A DNA stretch of 33,066 nucleotides from Candidatus Nanoarchaeia archaeon (GCA_041484115.1 JBGPHA010000002.1:1-33066), one strand, 5' to 3'. Positions 17,119 to 25,166 are shown, counted from the stretch's first letter. Numbers and translations: made by a program. Notes: generated from the letters alone by a model not told the origin.

Positions 17119-19113
17119 TTATATTTTCTTTCTTCTAAGCAAATTAGCATTTGTTACAACAGTTACTGAAGAAAGTGCCATCGCAATTTCTGCAACAACA
17201 GGATTCAAAACCCCCGTAACCGCTAAAGGGATCGCAATGATATTATAAGCGAATGCCCAGAATAAGTTTTGTTTTATTTTTCTGAAAGTTGCTTTGCTTA
17301 GGTTTACAGCCTGAACAACTCCTATAAGAGAGCCTTTTGCAAGAACAATGTCTCCGGATTCTATTGCAATATCTGTTCCTGTTCCCATTGCAATTCCGAC
17401 ATTACTCTGTTTTAAGGCAGGGGCATCATTTATTCCATCACCAACAAAAGAAACCATGCCTTGTTTTTGAAGGTCTTCTACTTTCTTTGCTTTATCTTCT
17501 GGAAGAACATTTGAAATAACCTCTTTTATTCCAACTTCTCTAGCAATCGCTTTTGCGGTTTTTTCATTATCTCCCGTAATCATAATTGTTGTGTAACTTT
17601 GATTGTTTAGAAGAGCTATAGCCTTAACAGAATCTTCCTTTAAAGCATCTGCAACTGCAATAATCCCAATTGCTTTTTTCCCATGTGCAATAATCATAGT
17701 TGTTTTTCCCCCAGATTCAAATTCATCAATCTTCTCCTCAAAATCTTTAAAAGAAATTTTTTTCTCATTCATTAAAACTCTATTTCCAATAGAAAACTCT
17801 TCTTTTCCTATTCTTCCTTCTACCCCTCTGCCTCTAAGAATCTTAAATCCTTTAACCTCTTTATATCTTTTCAGGTTTGCTTTTTCAACAATAGCTCTTG
17901 CTATTGGGTGTTCTGAAAATCTCTCAAGTGATGCTGCGATTTCTAGGAGGTAATTTTCCTTAACATTTGAATAAATTCCCCTAACTTCAGGTTTTCCTTT
18001 GGTTATTGTTCCTGTTTTGTCAAATACTATAAATTTAACATTTTTCATTGTCTGAATCGCCTCTCCCTTTCTAATTAAAATTCCCCTTTTAGCACCCATG
18101 CCAGAACCAACCATTAAAGCAGTTGGTGTTGCTAGTCCTAAAGCACAAGGACAGGCGATTACTAAGACTGAAACTCCAATAGCGATTGATCTGCTTAAAT
18201 TAAAAGTAAATAAAAACCAACTAGCAAAAGTTACGATTGCTAAAACTAATATTATTGGAACAAAAATGCTAGTTATTTTGTCAGCTAAAACCTGTATTGG
18301 AACTTTTTCACTCTGCGCTTCTTCTACAAGTTTTATTATATGTGCAAGGAAAGTATCTTTTCCAATTTTTGTTGCCTTAACATATAAAACTCCATCTTGA
18401 TTTATCGTGGCACCTATCACATTTCTTCCTTTTATTTTTTCAACAGGTAAGCTCTCTCCTGTAACCATTGATTCATCAACACTACTCTCACCTTTGATCA
18501 CAATTCCGTCTGTAGGTATTTTTTCTCCAGGTTTTACAATAATGATATCTCCTATCTTAATTTCAGAAATATCAACTTCAATTTCTTTAGCTCCACGTAA
18601 AATTCTAGCTTTTTTTGCTCCTAATTCAAGCAACTTCTTTATTTCCTGGCTTGCCCTGCCCCTCGCCTTTGATTCAACGTATTTTCCTGTTATGTAGAAA
18701 GCCATAATCATTGAGCTTATTCCAGAATAATCCTGAATCTTAAAAAACAAGCTAAAAATTCCAGTGGTATATGCAACTAAGGTTCCTAATGCGATCAAAG
18801 AGTCCATGTTAAAATAAAAAGTGAACAATCCGCGCATGCCTCCCCTGATTGTCTGCCATCCAAAAATAAATATTACAGAAAATCCTAGGATTAAGATTAA
18901 AATAGTCATAATCTTTTCAGAAAATAGCTGAAGACCAAAGATTCTTTCTGAAAACATTAGAAAAGCTATAGGGATTACAAATATCCACGCACCAATAAGT
19001 CTTTTCCTCCAGTCCCTAATCTCTTCATCTTCTACAGGAGAATCGTGATGGTGATCATCTACACTATGCTCCCCCTTCATATCTCTCATTTCGTGCTCAT
19101 GTTTATGTTCCAT
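17119..19113 (-). CDS. copA: P1B-type Cu(I)/Ag(I)-exporting ATPase without an HMA domain, with a His-rich N-terminus
   Basis: DKTGTIT phosphorylation site, [17 protein letters not shown] motif (IACPCALG), YN ([10 protein letters not shown]) and MALSS. The N-terminus is [24 protein letters not shown]. Confidence 0.93.
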   Translation of the reverse strand: MEHKHEHEMRDMKGEHSVDDHHHDSPVEDEEIRDWRKRLIGAWIFVIPIAFLMFSERIFGLQLFSEKIMTILILILGFSVIFIFGWQTIRGGMRGLFTFYFNMDSLIALGTLVAYTTGIFSLFFKIQDYSGISSMIMAFYITGKYVESKARGRASQEIKKLLELGAKKARILRGAKEIEVDISEIKIGDIIIVKPGEKIPTDGIVIKGESSVDESMVTGESLPVEKIKGRNVIGATINQDGVLYVKATKIGKDTFLAHIIKLVEEAQSEKVPIQVLADKITSIFVPIILVLAIVTFASWFLFTFNLSRSIAIGVSVLVIACPCALGLATPTALMVGSGMGAKRGILIRKGEAIQTMKNVKFIVFDKTGTITKGKPEVRGIYSNVKENYLLEIAASLERFSEHPIARAIVEKANLKRYKEVKGFKILRGRGVEGRIGKEEFSIGNRVLMNEKKISFKDFEEKIDEFESGGKTTMIIAHGKKAIGIIAVADALKEDSVKAIALLNNQSYTTIMITGDNEKTAKAIAREVGIKEVISNVLPEDKAKKVEDLQKQGMVSFVGDGINDAPALKQSNVGIAMGTGTDIAIESGDIVLAKGSLIGVVQAVNLSKATFRKIKQNLFWAFAYNIIAIPLAVTGVLNPVVAEIAMALSSVTVVTNANLLRRKKI

Positions 19114-19121
19114 TTGAAGAA

Positions 19122-19340
19122 TTATTCATAACTTATTGATTTAACATTGTATCCCGCTCTTTTTACAGCAACTTTCAGCGCTTCTTCCTTAACATTGTCT
19201 TCAATCTCTGCTGTTCCTTTTTTCAGAAGCAAAGAAACTCTCGCATCCCTTACTCCTGGAGTTTTTTTCAGACTTCTTTCTACGTTCGAAGCGCAAGAAG
19301 AACAGTGCATTCCAACAATTTCAATTTTTGCTTTTTTCAT
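19122..19340 (-). CDS. copZ: HMA-domain copper chaperone
   Basis: GMHCSSC (MxCxxC) motif. ATG 19340 has GGAGGG 7 nt upstream and lies 4 nt after the preceding stop. The alternative ATG at 19415 would overlap the upstream gene by 71 nt. Confidence 0.85.
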   Translation of the reverse strand: MKKAKIEIVGMHCSSCASNVERSLKKTPGVRDARVSLLLKKGTAEIEDNVKEEALKVAVKRAGYNVKSISYE

Positions 19341-19344
19341 ATTA

Positions 19345-19824
19345 TTACCCTCCGCATCCGCAGCCTCCTCCTGATGCGCTACAACCGGCTGTTCTTTGAG
19401 AAGCAACTTGGACATAATTTGATTTGCTTCCGTCGCTCTCTAAAACAGTAAATTTTCCCTTGTACATATTCATTGAGCATGCAATATTAAATGTTCCTGC
19501 TTTGTCGGGAGTAAACTCAAGAGTATTATCGCTACTTGTAAAAACTTTTCTTATATTGAAAGCAGAAATAACAATTGACTTAGAGCATCCTGGCATTTTG
19601 GATATATCTGCTTCTATTCTGACAGGAATTCCTTTCTTGATTTCATTAGGGTTCAGGATATATCTTGCGTTTTCCACAGAGAGCTTTATGACTTGAACTT
19701 GCCCATTTGTTCCTGCAGCTATGACATTTCCAGCTGGGTTTGCCTTTCCAGAGCCTATGGAAAGAGATATAGCAGCTAATACAACTATTATTCCAATTCC
19801 TATAACAAATATTGAGTTTTTCAT
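19345..19824 (-). CDS. membrane-anchored cupredoxin-like domain protein with a C-terminal Cys/Gly tail
   Basis: N-terminal anchor MKNSIFVIGIGIIVVLAAISL. The segment YILNPNEIKKGIPVRIEA...EFTPDKAGTFNIACSMNMYKGKFTV resembles cupredoxin_1-type proteins found next to copA. The tail is AGCSASGGGCGCGG. ATG 19824 makes an ATGA overlap with the upstream gene. Confidence 0.7.
   Translation of the reverse strand: MKNSIFVIGIGIIVVLAAISLSIGSGKANPAGNVIAAGTNGQVQVIKLSVENARYILNPNEIKKGIPVRIEADISKMPGCSKSIVISAFNIRKVFTSSDNTLEFTPDKAGTFNIACSMNMYKGKFTVLESDGSKSNYVQVASQRTAGCSASGGGCGCGG
19348..19353 (-). promoter_or_regulatory. Shine-Dalgarno-like GGAGGG for copZ
   Basis: Minus-strand sequence GGAGGGTAATAATATG. The SD lies inside the last codons of the upstream gene, with 7-nt spacing to ATG 19340. 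Confidence 0.5.
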
Positions 19825-20504
19825 TGGAATAATAAACTCCTTGGTCCCAGGACCATTATCCATAATGTTATTGCTGTTAATAGAATACTAAATAATACAA
19901 TAAAAAATTCATCATCTTTATGCTTTCTTTCTATCTCTCTGGTTTCCTGGTACATCATATAATTTAATCCGAATAAGATCACCCCAGAAATTGCGAATAC
20001 AACAATAGCTGCAGCTTTCAAGTTATCATTGAGCATCATTACAGACGTCATTGCTCCCATTAGTCCTCCCATGAATCCAGCCATTATTCCTTCCATTACC
20101 CCCATTATCCCGCAACATTTTCCATTCCACGCTCCAAAAAATATTCCTACTGCCATTCCAAAAATGCTACCTACAAACATTCCGTTAGTTGAACCAATAT
20201 AAAAACCAGGTAAAAATCCAGCCACCATTCCGATAGTCATTCCTATCATCATTCCGGACATGCATGGGAATTCTTTATATGCCCTGGCATATCTTACAGA
20301 AGGTAAAATTAAAGCATAACTTAATACAGCAAAAAAAATGTAAAAACCATATTTTGAAATAAAACTAGTATTGTATCTTAATTTTAAAAAATACAAAATT
20401 CCTAAAATAATAAAGGAAGTTACTAAAGAAATAAAGATAGATTTTATTATCTCTCCTTCTGCTTGATTGTTATTAAGTGATTTTGTAAATTCTTTTATAC
20501 TCAT
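19821..20504 (-). CDS. hypothetical 7-TM Met/Gly/Cys-rich membrane protein (candidate metal-handling)
   Basis: 227 aa with about 7 hydrophobic helices. The central helices are glycine-zipper-like and Met-rich (CMSGMMIGMTIGMVAG, GKCCGIMGVMEGIMAGFMGGLMGAMTSVMM). No family recognised. Confidence 0.65.
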   Translation of the reverse strand: MSIKEFTKSLNNNQAEGEIIKSIFISLVTSFIILGILYFLKLRYNTSFISKYGFYIFFAVLSYALILPSVRYARAYKEFPCMSGMMIGMTIGMVAGFLPGFYIGSTNGMFVGSIFGMAVGIFFGAWNGKCCGIMGVMEGIMAGFMGGLMGAMTSVMMLNDNLKAAAIVVFAISGVILFGLNYMMYQETREIERKHKDDEFFIVLFSILLTAITLWIMVLGPRSLLFQ

Positions 20505-20542
20505 AGAAATATTAGAAAAATGTTTATTATAACTGCTTTGAT

Positions 20543-20554
20543 GAAACTAGTTTC
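20543..20554. promoter_or_regulatory. perfect 12-bp palindrome GAAACTAGTTTC just upstream of a TATA-like TTATAATAAA (candidate operator of the copper operon)
   Basis: Read directly from the 66-nt spacer between the regulator stop (20571) and the 7-TM gene ATG (20504). The TATA-like element is at about 20521-20530, 17-26 nt from the ATG. Confidence 0.3.
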
Positions 20555-20570
20555 AGGGTAAAAAGAAATA

Positions 20571-21047
20571 TTAATTTTTAAGAACAACGACGTTATTCAT
20601 TCCTCTTCTCTTTCTTTCTATAAATTGTTTTGCCTCAAGTTTGTCAAGAAGTCTTGTAACTCCAACTTTTCCAAATCCCAATTTTTCCATCAATTCAGCC
20701 TGGAAGATTGTTCCATTTTCTTCTTCAAGGATTTTCATAATTTCTTTTTCTTTGTTATCCAAACCAGAAAGTTCCATTTTCTTCTTTTTTTCCTTGAATT
20801 TCTTAATAACTATCTTTTCCTTAGGCTTTGTAAAAATTAGAACGCCGCCAACAACAACAATTATCCCAACAATAGCAAGTGCAAGCCAAGTCTGTTGGCT
20901 TATTGTAGTATTCATAGGGCAAGTAGAGGCCTCCATACTACAAGTTGCGGATACCATACCCCTTAAAGCATTCTGAAACAAAAATATTATTACAACTAAA
21001 AGTGCAGCAACTCCTAAAAGAATATATCCAACATGCTTGTTTTCCAT
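20571..21047 (-). CDS. membrane-tethered winged-helix (MarR/TrmB-like) transcriptional regulator
   Basis: Two TM helices (about aa 6-24 and 54-72) flank the loop GMVSATCSMEASTCPMN. After a Lys-rich linker, the C-terminal part EKEIMKILEEENGTIFQAELMEKLGFGKVGVTRLLDKLEAKQFIERKRRG is a typical wHTH. Confidence 0.7.
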   Translation of the reverse strand: MENKHVGYILLGVAALLVVIIFLFQNALRGMVSATCSMEASTCPMNTTISQQTWLALAIVGIIVVVGGVLIFTKPKEKIVIKKFKEKKKKMELSGLDNKEKEIMKILEEENGTIFQAELMEKLGFGKVGVTRLLDKLEAKQFIERKRRGMNNVVVLKN

Positions 21048-21113
21048 TATTAAAGATAAAAAACTTTGTTTTTATAGTTTTCTTGAAACAAAATTTTTGG
21101 TGATGATTTTCTT

Positions 21114-21437
21114 TTATCTTACTTTCTTCTCTATTGATATCCTATGATCTTGAACAGAATCAATTTTGCTAATCCAAACCCATGCAAGTTCTACATTGTC
21201 ATAAAGTCGTGATCCATCGCCACGATGCCCAGAACCATCAGTCTCCCCTCTGAGATGGGATATTATTTGCGGAAGAACACGTGTTTTAAAACCTTGACGA
21301 GCTTCATGAGGATCTCTCGCAACTCTAAATGTGCTATATCGGAGCTGATCATACCCTGCATTACGACCCCAAGCTTCTACTCTTTTATCTACGCTAATTG
21401 AATATTCGAGATGGTATAGCTTTAAACTTTCTTCCAT
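21114..21437 (-). CDS. hypothetical 107-aa protein, compositionally atypical
   Basis: ATG ORF that is visibly more G+C-rich than its neighbours and uses CGN Arg codons where the rest of the window uses AGA/AGG. No family recognised. Confidence 0.5.
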   Translation of the reverse strand: MEESLKLYHLEYSISVDKRVEAWGRNAGYDQLRYSTFRVARDPHEARQGFKTRVLPQIISHLRGETDGSGHRGDGSRLYDNVELAWVWISKIDSVQDHRISIEKKVR

Positions 21438-21504
21438 ACTTTTTCATCAGAATGTTCTTTTTATAAAGCTTATGGAATCCCTTTATATAAACAAAAAAGA
21501 TCAA

Positions 21505-21578
21505 TGGCCCCGATGGGATTTGAACCCACGACACCTGGATTAAAAGTCCAGTGCTCTGCCAGGCTGAGCTACGGAGCC
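21505..21578 (-). tRNA. tRNA-Lys (anticodon UUU), no intron, CCA not encoded
   Basis: Hand-folded cloverleaf from GGCTCCGTAGCTCAGCCTGGCAGAGCACTGGACTTTTAATCCAGGTGTCGTGGGTTCAAATCCCATCGGGGCCA. The acceptor stem is 7 bp, the anticodon stem is CTGGA/TCCAG, and the loop is CTTTTAA. Confidence 0.92.
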
Positions 21579-21600
21579 TTGTAATTTAAGACCAAAATTA

Positions 21601-21610
21601 GTTTAAAAAA
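21601..21610 (-). promoter_or_regulatory. TATA-box-like TTTTTTAAAC upstream of tRNA-Lys
   Basis: Located 23-32 nt upstream of the mature tRNA 5' end (21578) on the minus strand. Confidence 0.45.
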
Positions 21611-21615
21611 TCTTT

Positions 21616-21933
21616 CTAAATATGTTTCCTGAGCTTCTCTTCGAAATCTTCTGCAGGCATAGAGCCAATGAACTGCTCTATTGGCTTTCCGTCTTTGAAA
21701 AGAATAAAGTTAGGAATAGAACGAATATGGAATTTTTCAGACAAATTATTATTTTCATCAACATCTATTTTTCCGAATTTAATTTTTCCTTTGAATTTTT
21801 TCCCTAGCTCTTCCATTATGGGGGCCATGATTAGACATGGCATACACCAATCTGCAAAGAAATCTATGACTACAAGTCCTTTCTTTGTGAAATCTTTAAA
21901 TTCATTTCCTGTAACTTCAGTAACGTTTTGCAT
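21616..21933 (-). CDS. trxA: thioredoxin
   Basis: 105 aa. Active site FFADWCMPC (CxxC with Met-Pro instead of Gly-Pro), followed by IRSIPNFILF. Confidence 0.88.
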   Translation of the reverse strand: MQNVTEVTGNEFKDFTKKGLVVIDFFADWCMPCLIMAPIMEELGKKFKGKIKFGKIDVDENNNLSEKFHIRSIPNFILFKDGKPIEQFIGSMPAEDFEEKLRKHI

Positions 21934-21935
21934 TT

Positions 21936-22355
21936 TTATTTACCTGTAGAACCAAAGCCACCTTTTCCACGAGATGAGTCTGAAAGTTCCTCAACTTCAT
22001 GAATTTTCACACTAGGATATGGAACTACCATAATCTGTCCGACTTTTTCACCAACTTCATAGATATCTTCCCCAAATCTTTGAAATCTTAAAATCAATTC
22101 TCCACGATATCCTGAATCCAAAACACCGACAGAATTGCATAATAGCAGATCTTTTTTAGAGACACTGCTTCTTGGAAATATCAAACAAACATGCCCTGCT
22201 GGAACTTCGAAAGACAAGCCAGTTTTGTATTCTACATATTTTTCATTTATTTCCCTAGAAATAGCCACAACATCCATTCCTGCATCTCCAGAATGGGCAT
22301 AACTAGGAATTATCGCGCTAGGATGTATTTTCTTGACTTTTAATTCTATAGCCAT
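21936..22355 (-). CDS. dut: dUTP diphosphatase (trimeric dUTPase)
   Basis: Motifs GDAGMDV, SGYRGEL and C-terminal RGKGGFGSTG. The stop lies 2 nt before the thioredoxin ATG. Confidence 0.9.
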   Translation of the reverse strand: MAIELKVKKIHPSAIIPSYAHSGDAGMDVVAISREINEKYVEYKTGLSFEVPAGHVCLIFPRSSVSKKDLLLCNSVGVLDSGYRGELILRFQRFGEDIYEVGEKVGQIMVVPYPSVKIHEVEELSDSSRGKGGFGSTGK

Positions 22356-22375
22356 TTTAATTAAGAATTCTTAGA

Positions 22376-22384
22376 TTTTATAAA
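22376..22384 (-). promoter_or_regulatory. TATA box TTTATAAAA for the dut-trx transcript (probably leaderless)
   Basis: Centred about 25 nt upstream of the dut ATG (22355), in an 85-nt divergent spacer shared with the DUF1653 gene. Confidence 0.45.
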
Positions 22385-22440
22385 GGTTTATGATAGAATA
22401 CTATACAAAATAATTTAAACAGAAAATTTTTCTTGTTAAA

Positions 22441-22659
22441 ATGGAAAGAGAAATTAGAAAAGGAAAGTATCGACATTATAAAGGCGGGTTTTATTGGGTT
22501 GTCGATGTTGCAAGACATAGCGAAACAAATGAAGAACTAGTCATATACCGATGTAGCGATAATCTTTCTTTATATGCAAGGCCGAAAAAAATGTTCTTAG
22601 AAGATATTGTTATTGAAGGAAAAAGTGTTCCAAGGTTTAAGTTTATTAGTTACAGTTAA
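22441..22659 (+). CDS. DUF1653-domain protein
   Basis: KGKYRHYKGGFYWVVDVARHSETNEELVIYR matches the DUF1653 signature as I recall it. Its 3' end overlaps the nrdJ stop by 4 nt (convergent). Confidence 0.7.
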   Translation: MEREIRKGKYRHYKGGFYWVVDVARHSETNEELVIYRCSDNLSLYARPKKMFLEDIVIEGKSVPRFKFISYS

Positions 22660-25166
22660 CATTTACTGAAGCCGCAAGAATGACATTTTTGGCAGCCTTC
22701 TTCCATTGATAAAGCAGAACCACAATCAGGGCATATGTTACCAGAGAGACCGTTTCGTTCGACTTTATGTCCTTCACTTTCCAAAATCCTTTTTATTCCT
22801 TTTGCAATCGTATCTGGAAGAGATGTAACCGCATTTGATCCAATTCCTTGCTGTGTTTCTCCTTTAATCCCAACTATTTGACCATATACTTCTTCAGCAG
22901 TTGCTCCTTTTTTAAATGCAAGGGATATTAATCTAGCATAACCTTCTAGATTTGCGTGTAGGTCCTGTCCTGCTTTTCCAACACTAACAAACATTTCATA
23001 AGCTCTTCCTTCTTCTTCTCCAGTAATTATTCTGTTTAATCCTATGTAAGCATGTAGTGGCTTCCCCCCATTTTCTTTATCATTATAAGGAGTTTGAATT
23101 CTAACTGTCCTTCCTCCAACAACTTCAGGTCTTGCAACCTTTGTTAAATCAACAAGTCCCTCAAGTCCACTATCTTTCTTTCCATTTCCATGTCCTGTTT
23201 CCAAAACCTGGATAGCTTTAGAACCATCTCTGTAAACAGTTATTCCTTTAAGTTTATGTTTCCATGCGAGATGATATGCATTTCTTACATCGCTAACTGT
23301 TGCAGTGTTTGGCATGTTTATTGTTTTGCTTACAGCGTTATCTGTTCTTTCCTGAAAAGCTGCTTGCATTAACACATGTGCTTCATAATCCAAGTCATGA
23401 GAGGTTTTGAAAATTCTCTGCATGTCTTCAGGAATTTCTTCAATTCCCTGAACACTTCCATGATTTTCTTCTATTAGTTTTGCCAGTTTATCTGGATCAA
23501 GTCCTCTTTTTTTTGCTTCTCTTGTAAAAGAAGGTATTGCATACTGAAGAATATCTCCCCCACGAATATTTTTTCTGTAAGTTATTGCAAATAAAGGTTC
23601 TATTCCAGATGAAACTTCATAAACCATTGAGATTGTTCCTGTAGGGGCAATAGTTGTTCTCTCAAGATTTCTTACTCTGTCTTCTGGTTTTCCGTTATCA
23701 TATTTACTTCCTGGAAAAGCTGGAAAAACTCCTTTTTGCGCAGCAAGTTTTACAGACTCATCTTTTGCAGTGTCTGTTATAAATCCCATAACTTGTCTTG
23801 CCAGATTTCTTGCTTCTTCACTATCATAAGCCATATTCATTTCGACTAACATATCTGCCCAGCCCATTACCCCCATGCCGATTCTCCTGTGTCTTAAAAT
23901 TGTTTCCTGAACTTCTGGAATTGGACCACGATTTGCATCATTGACATTGTCCATAAATCTTGTTGCTAATCTAGTTGTCCTTTCAAGTTTTTCATAATCA
24001 ACCTCTTTTCTTCCATCTGGATGTACTTTAATCATATTATTTACTAAAATACTTCCCAAATTACATGCATCATAAGGATGTAATGGCTGTTCACCACATG
24101 GATTTGTGGCCATTATGTCCCCTAATTGTGGAAGAGCGTTGTATCTATTTATTTCATCCAAGAAAATCATTCCAGGGTCAGCAGTTTTCCATGCAAGATC
24201 TGCAATAACATCTAGGACATATTTTGCAGACAGTTGTACAATCCCTTTCTCGTGAACTCTTCCTGCTACTTTCCCAGTATAAACATCAATAACTTTGGTT
24301 TTTCCAGGTACAATCTGAAAAGGCGTCTCTGAAAAGTCAAATTTCAAAGAAGCGGGATCAGGTTCTTCTTTAACTCCAGAGCCTCCTATCTTATTGGCTG
24401 AAACATTCTCTATAATCCTTTCTAACGTTTCATATTTGAAAGGTTCTCCTTTTGGAAATTCTAAGGTATAAAATTCATCTGCTTCAGCAGCTCTCATAAA
24501 CTCATCAGTCACACCAACAGAAACATTAAAGTTAGTCATTTTTCCTCTCTTTGTCTTTGCTGTTATAAAATCCAAAATATCTGGATGTGTAATGTTCAAA
24601 ATTCCCATATTTGCGCCTCTCCTATTTCCAGAGTTGATTATTTCTGTTTCTTTATCAAATTGACCAATAAATGATACAGGACCAGAGGCAATTCCTTTAG
24701 AAGCTTGTACAAAATAACCTCTTGGCCTTAAATTTGAAAAATTATAACCTGTCCCTCCCCCGTTTTTGTGAATTAAAGCTGCTCTTTTTACAGAATCATA
24801 TATTCCTTCCAAACTATCTTCTACAGGGAGAACATAACAATTGAATAAACCTTTAATCTGTGTTCCTGCGTTTGTCCATATTCTTCCTGCAGGAGAGAAA
24901 TTTCCTTCTTCAATCATGTGATAAAAATCTTCTGTAAGCTCACCAATTTCTTCAGGATCAAGTCCATATTGTGATTCAACAGAAGCCATCGTCCTAGCCA
25001 TTCTATATATTGCTTCAGGAGCATTTTCTATGATTTTTCCTTCATCATTCCTCATCAAATATTTTTTTTCTAAAGCATAGACTTGATTTTTTCCAAGCCT
25101 TTTTTCTAGTTCGCTTCCATTAACATAATCACGAGTTCTCTTTATATCTAATTCTGCAACACTCAT
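22656..25166 (-). CDS. nrdJ: class II (adenosylcobalamin-dependent) ribonucleotide reductase
   Basis: Active-site TNPCGEQPLHPYDACNLGS, an N-terminal segment YALEKKYLMRNDEGKIIE typical of NrdJ, and a C-terminal Cys cluster CPDCGS...CQKCHSCGFSKC. The track start at 25181 is GTG; the first ATG is 25166. Confidence 0.9.
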   Translation of the reverse strand: MSVAELDIKRTRDYVNGSELEKRLGKNQVYALEKKYLMRNDEGKIIENAPEAIYRMARTMASVESQYGLDPEEIGELTEDFYHMIEEGNFSPAGRIWTNAGTQIKGLFNCYVLPVEDSLEGIYDSVKRAALIHKNGGGTGYNFSNLRPRGYFVQASKGIASGPVSFIGQFDKETEIINSGNRRGANMGILNITHPDILDFITAKTKRGKMTNFNVSVGVTDEFMRAAEADEFYTLEFPKGEPFKYETLERIIENVSANKIGGSGVKEEPDPASLKFDFSETPFQIVPGKTKVIDVYTGKVAGRVHEKGIVQLSAKYVLDVIADLAWKTADPGMIFLDEINRYNALPQLGDIMATNPCGEQPLHPYDACNLGSILVNNMIKVHPDGRKEVDYEKLERTTRLATRFMDNVNDANRGPIPEVQETILRHRRIGMGVMGWADMLVEMNMAYDSEEARNLARQVMGFITDTAKDESVKLAAQKGVFPAFPGSKYDNGKPEDRVRNLERTTIAPTGTISMVYEVSSGIEPLFAITYRKNIRGGDILQYAIPSFTREAKKRGLDPDKLAKLIEENHGSVQGIEEIPEDMQRIFKTSHDLDYEAHVLMQAAFQERTDNAVSKTINMPNTATVSDVRNAYHLAWKHKLKGITVYRDGSKAIQVLETGHGNGKKDSGLEGLVDLTKVARPEVVGGRTVRIQTPYNDKENGGKPLHAYIGLNRIITGEEEGRAYEMFVSVGKAGQDLHANLEGYARLISLAFKKGATAEEVYGQIVGIKGETQQGIGSNAVTSLPDTIAKGIKRILESEGHKVERNGLSGNICPDCGSALSMEEGCQKCHSCGFSKC

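Noticed and set aside
20537-20558. TGATGA followed by ...TTTCAGGG as a C/D-box sRNA. A second CTGATGA occurs just upstream of ATG 21437.
   Set aside because: No properly spaced D box (CUGA) with terminal stem, and no C'/D' pair, could be identified. The TGATGA overlaps the palindrome and is adequately explained as promoter-region sequence.
16543-21578. The copper cluster as a bona fide integrative element inserted at tRNA-Lys.
   Set aside because: The window has no integrase or recombinase gene, and I noticed no repeat of the tRNA-Lys 3' segment by eye. Only the 107-aa ORF looks compositionally foreign. It is kept as a low-level hypothesis in the findings, not as a mobile-element feature.
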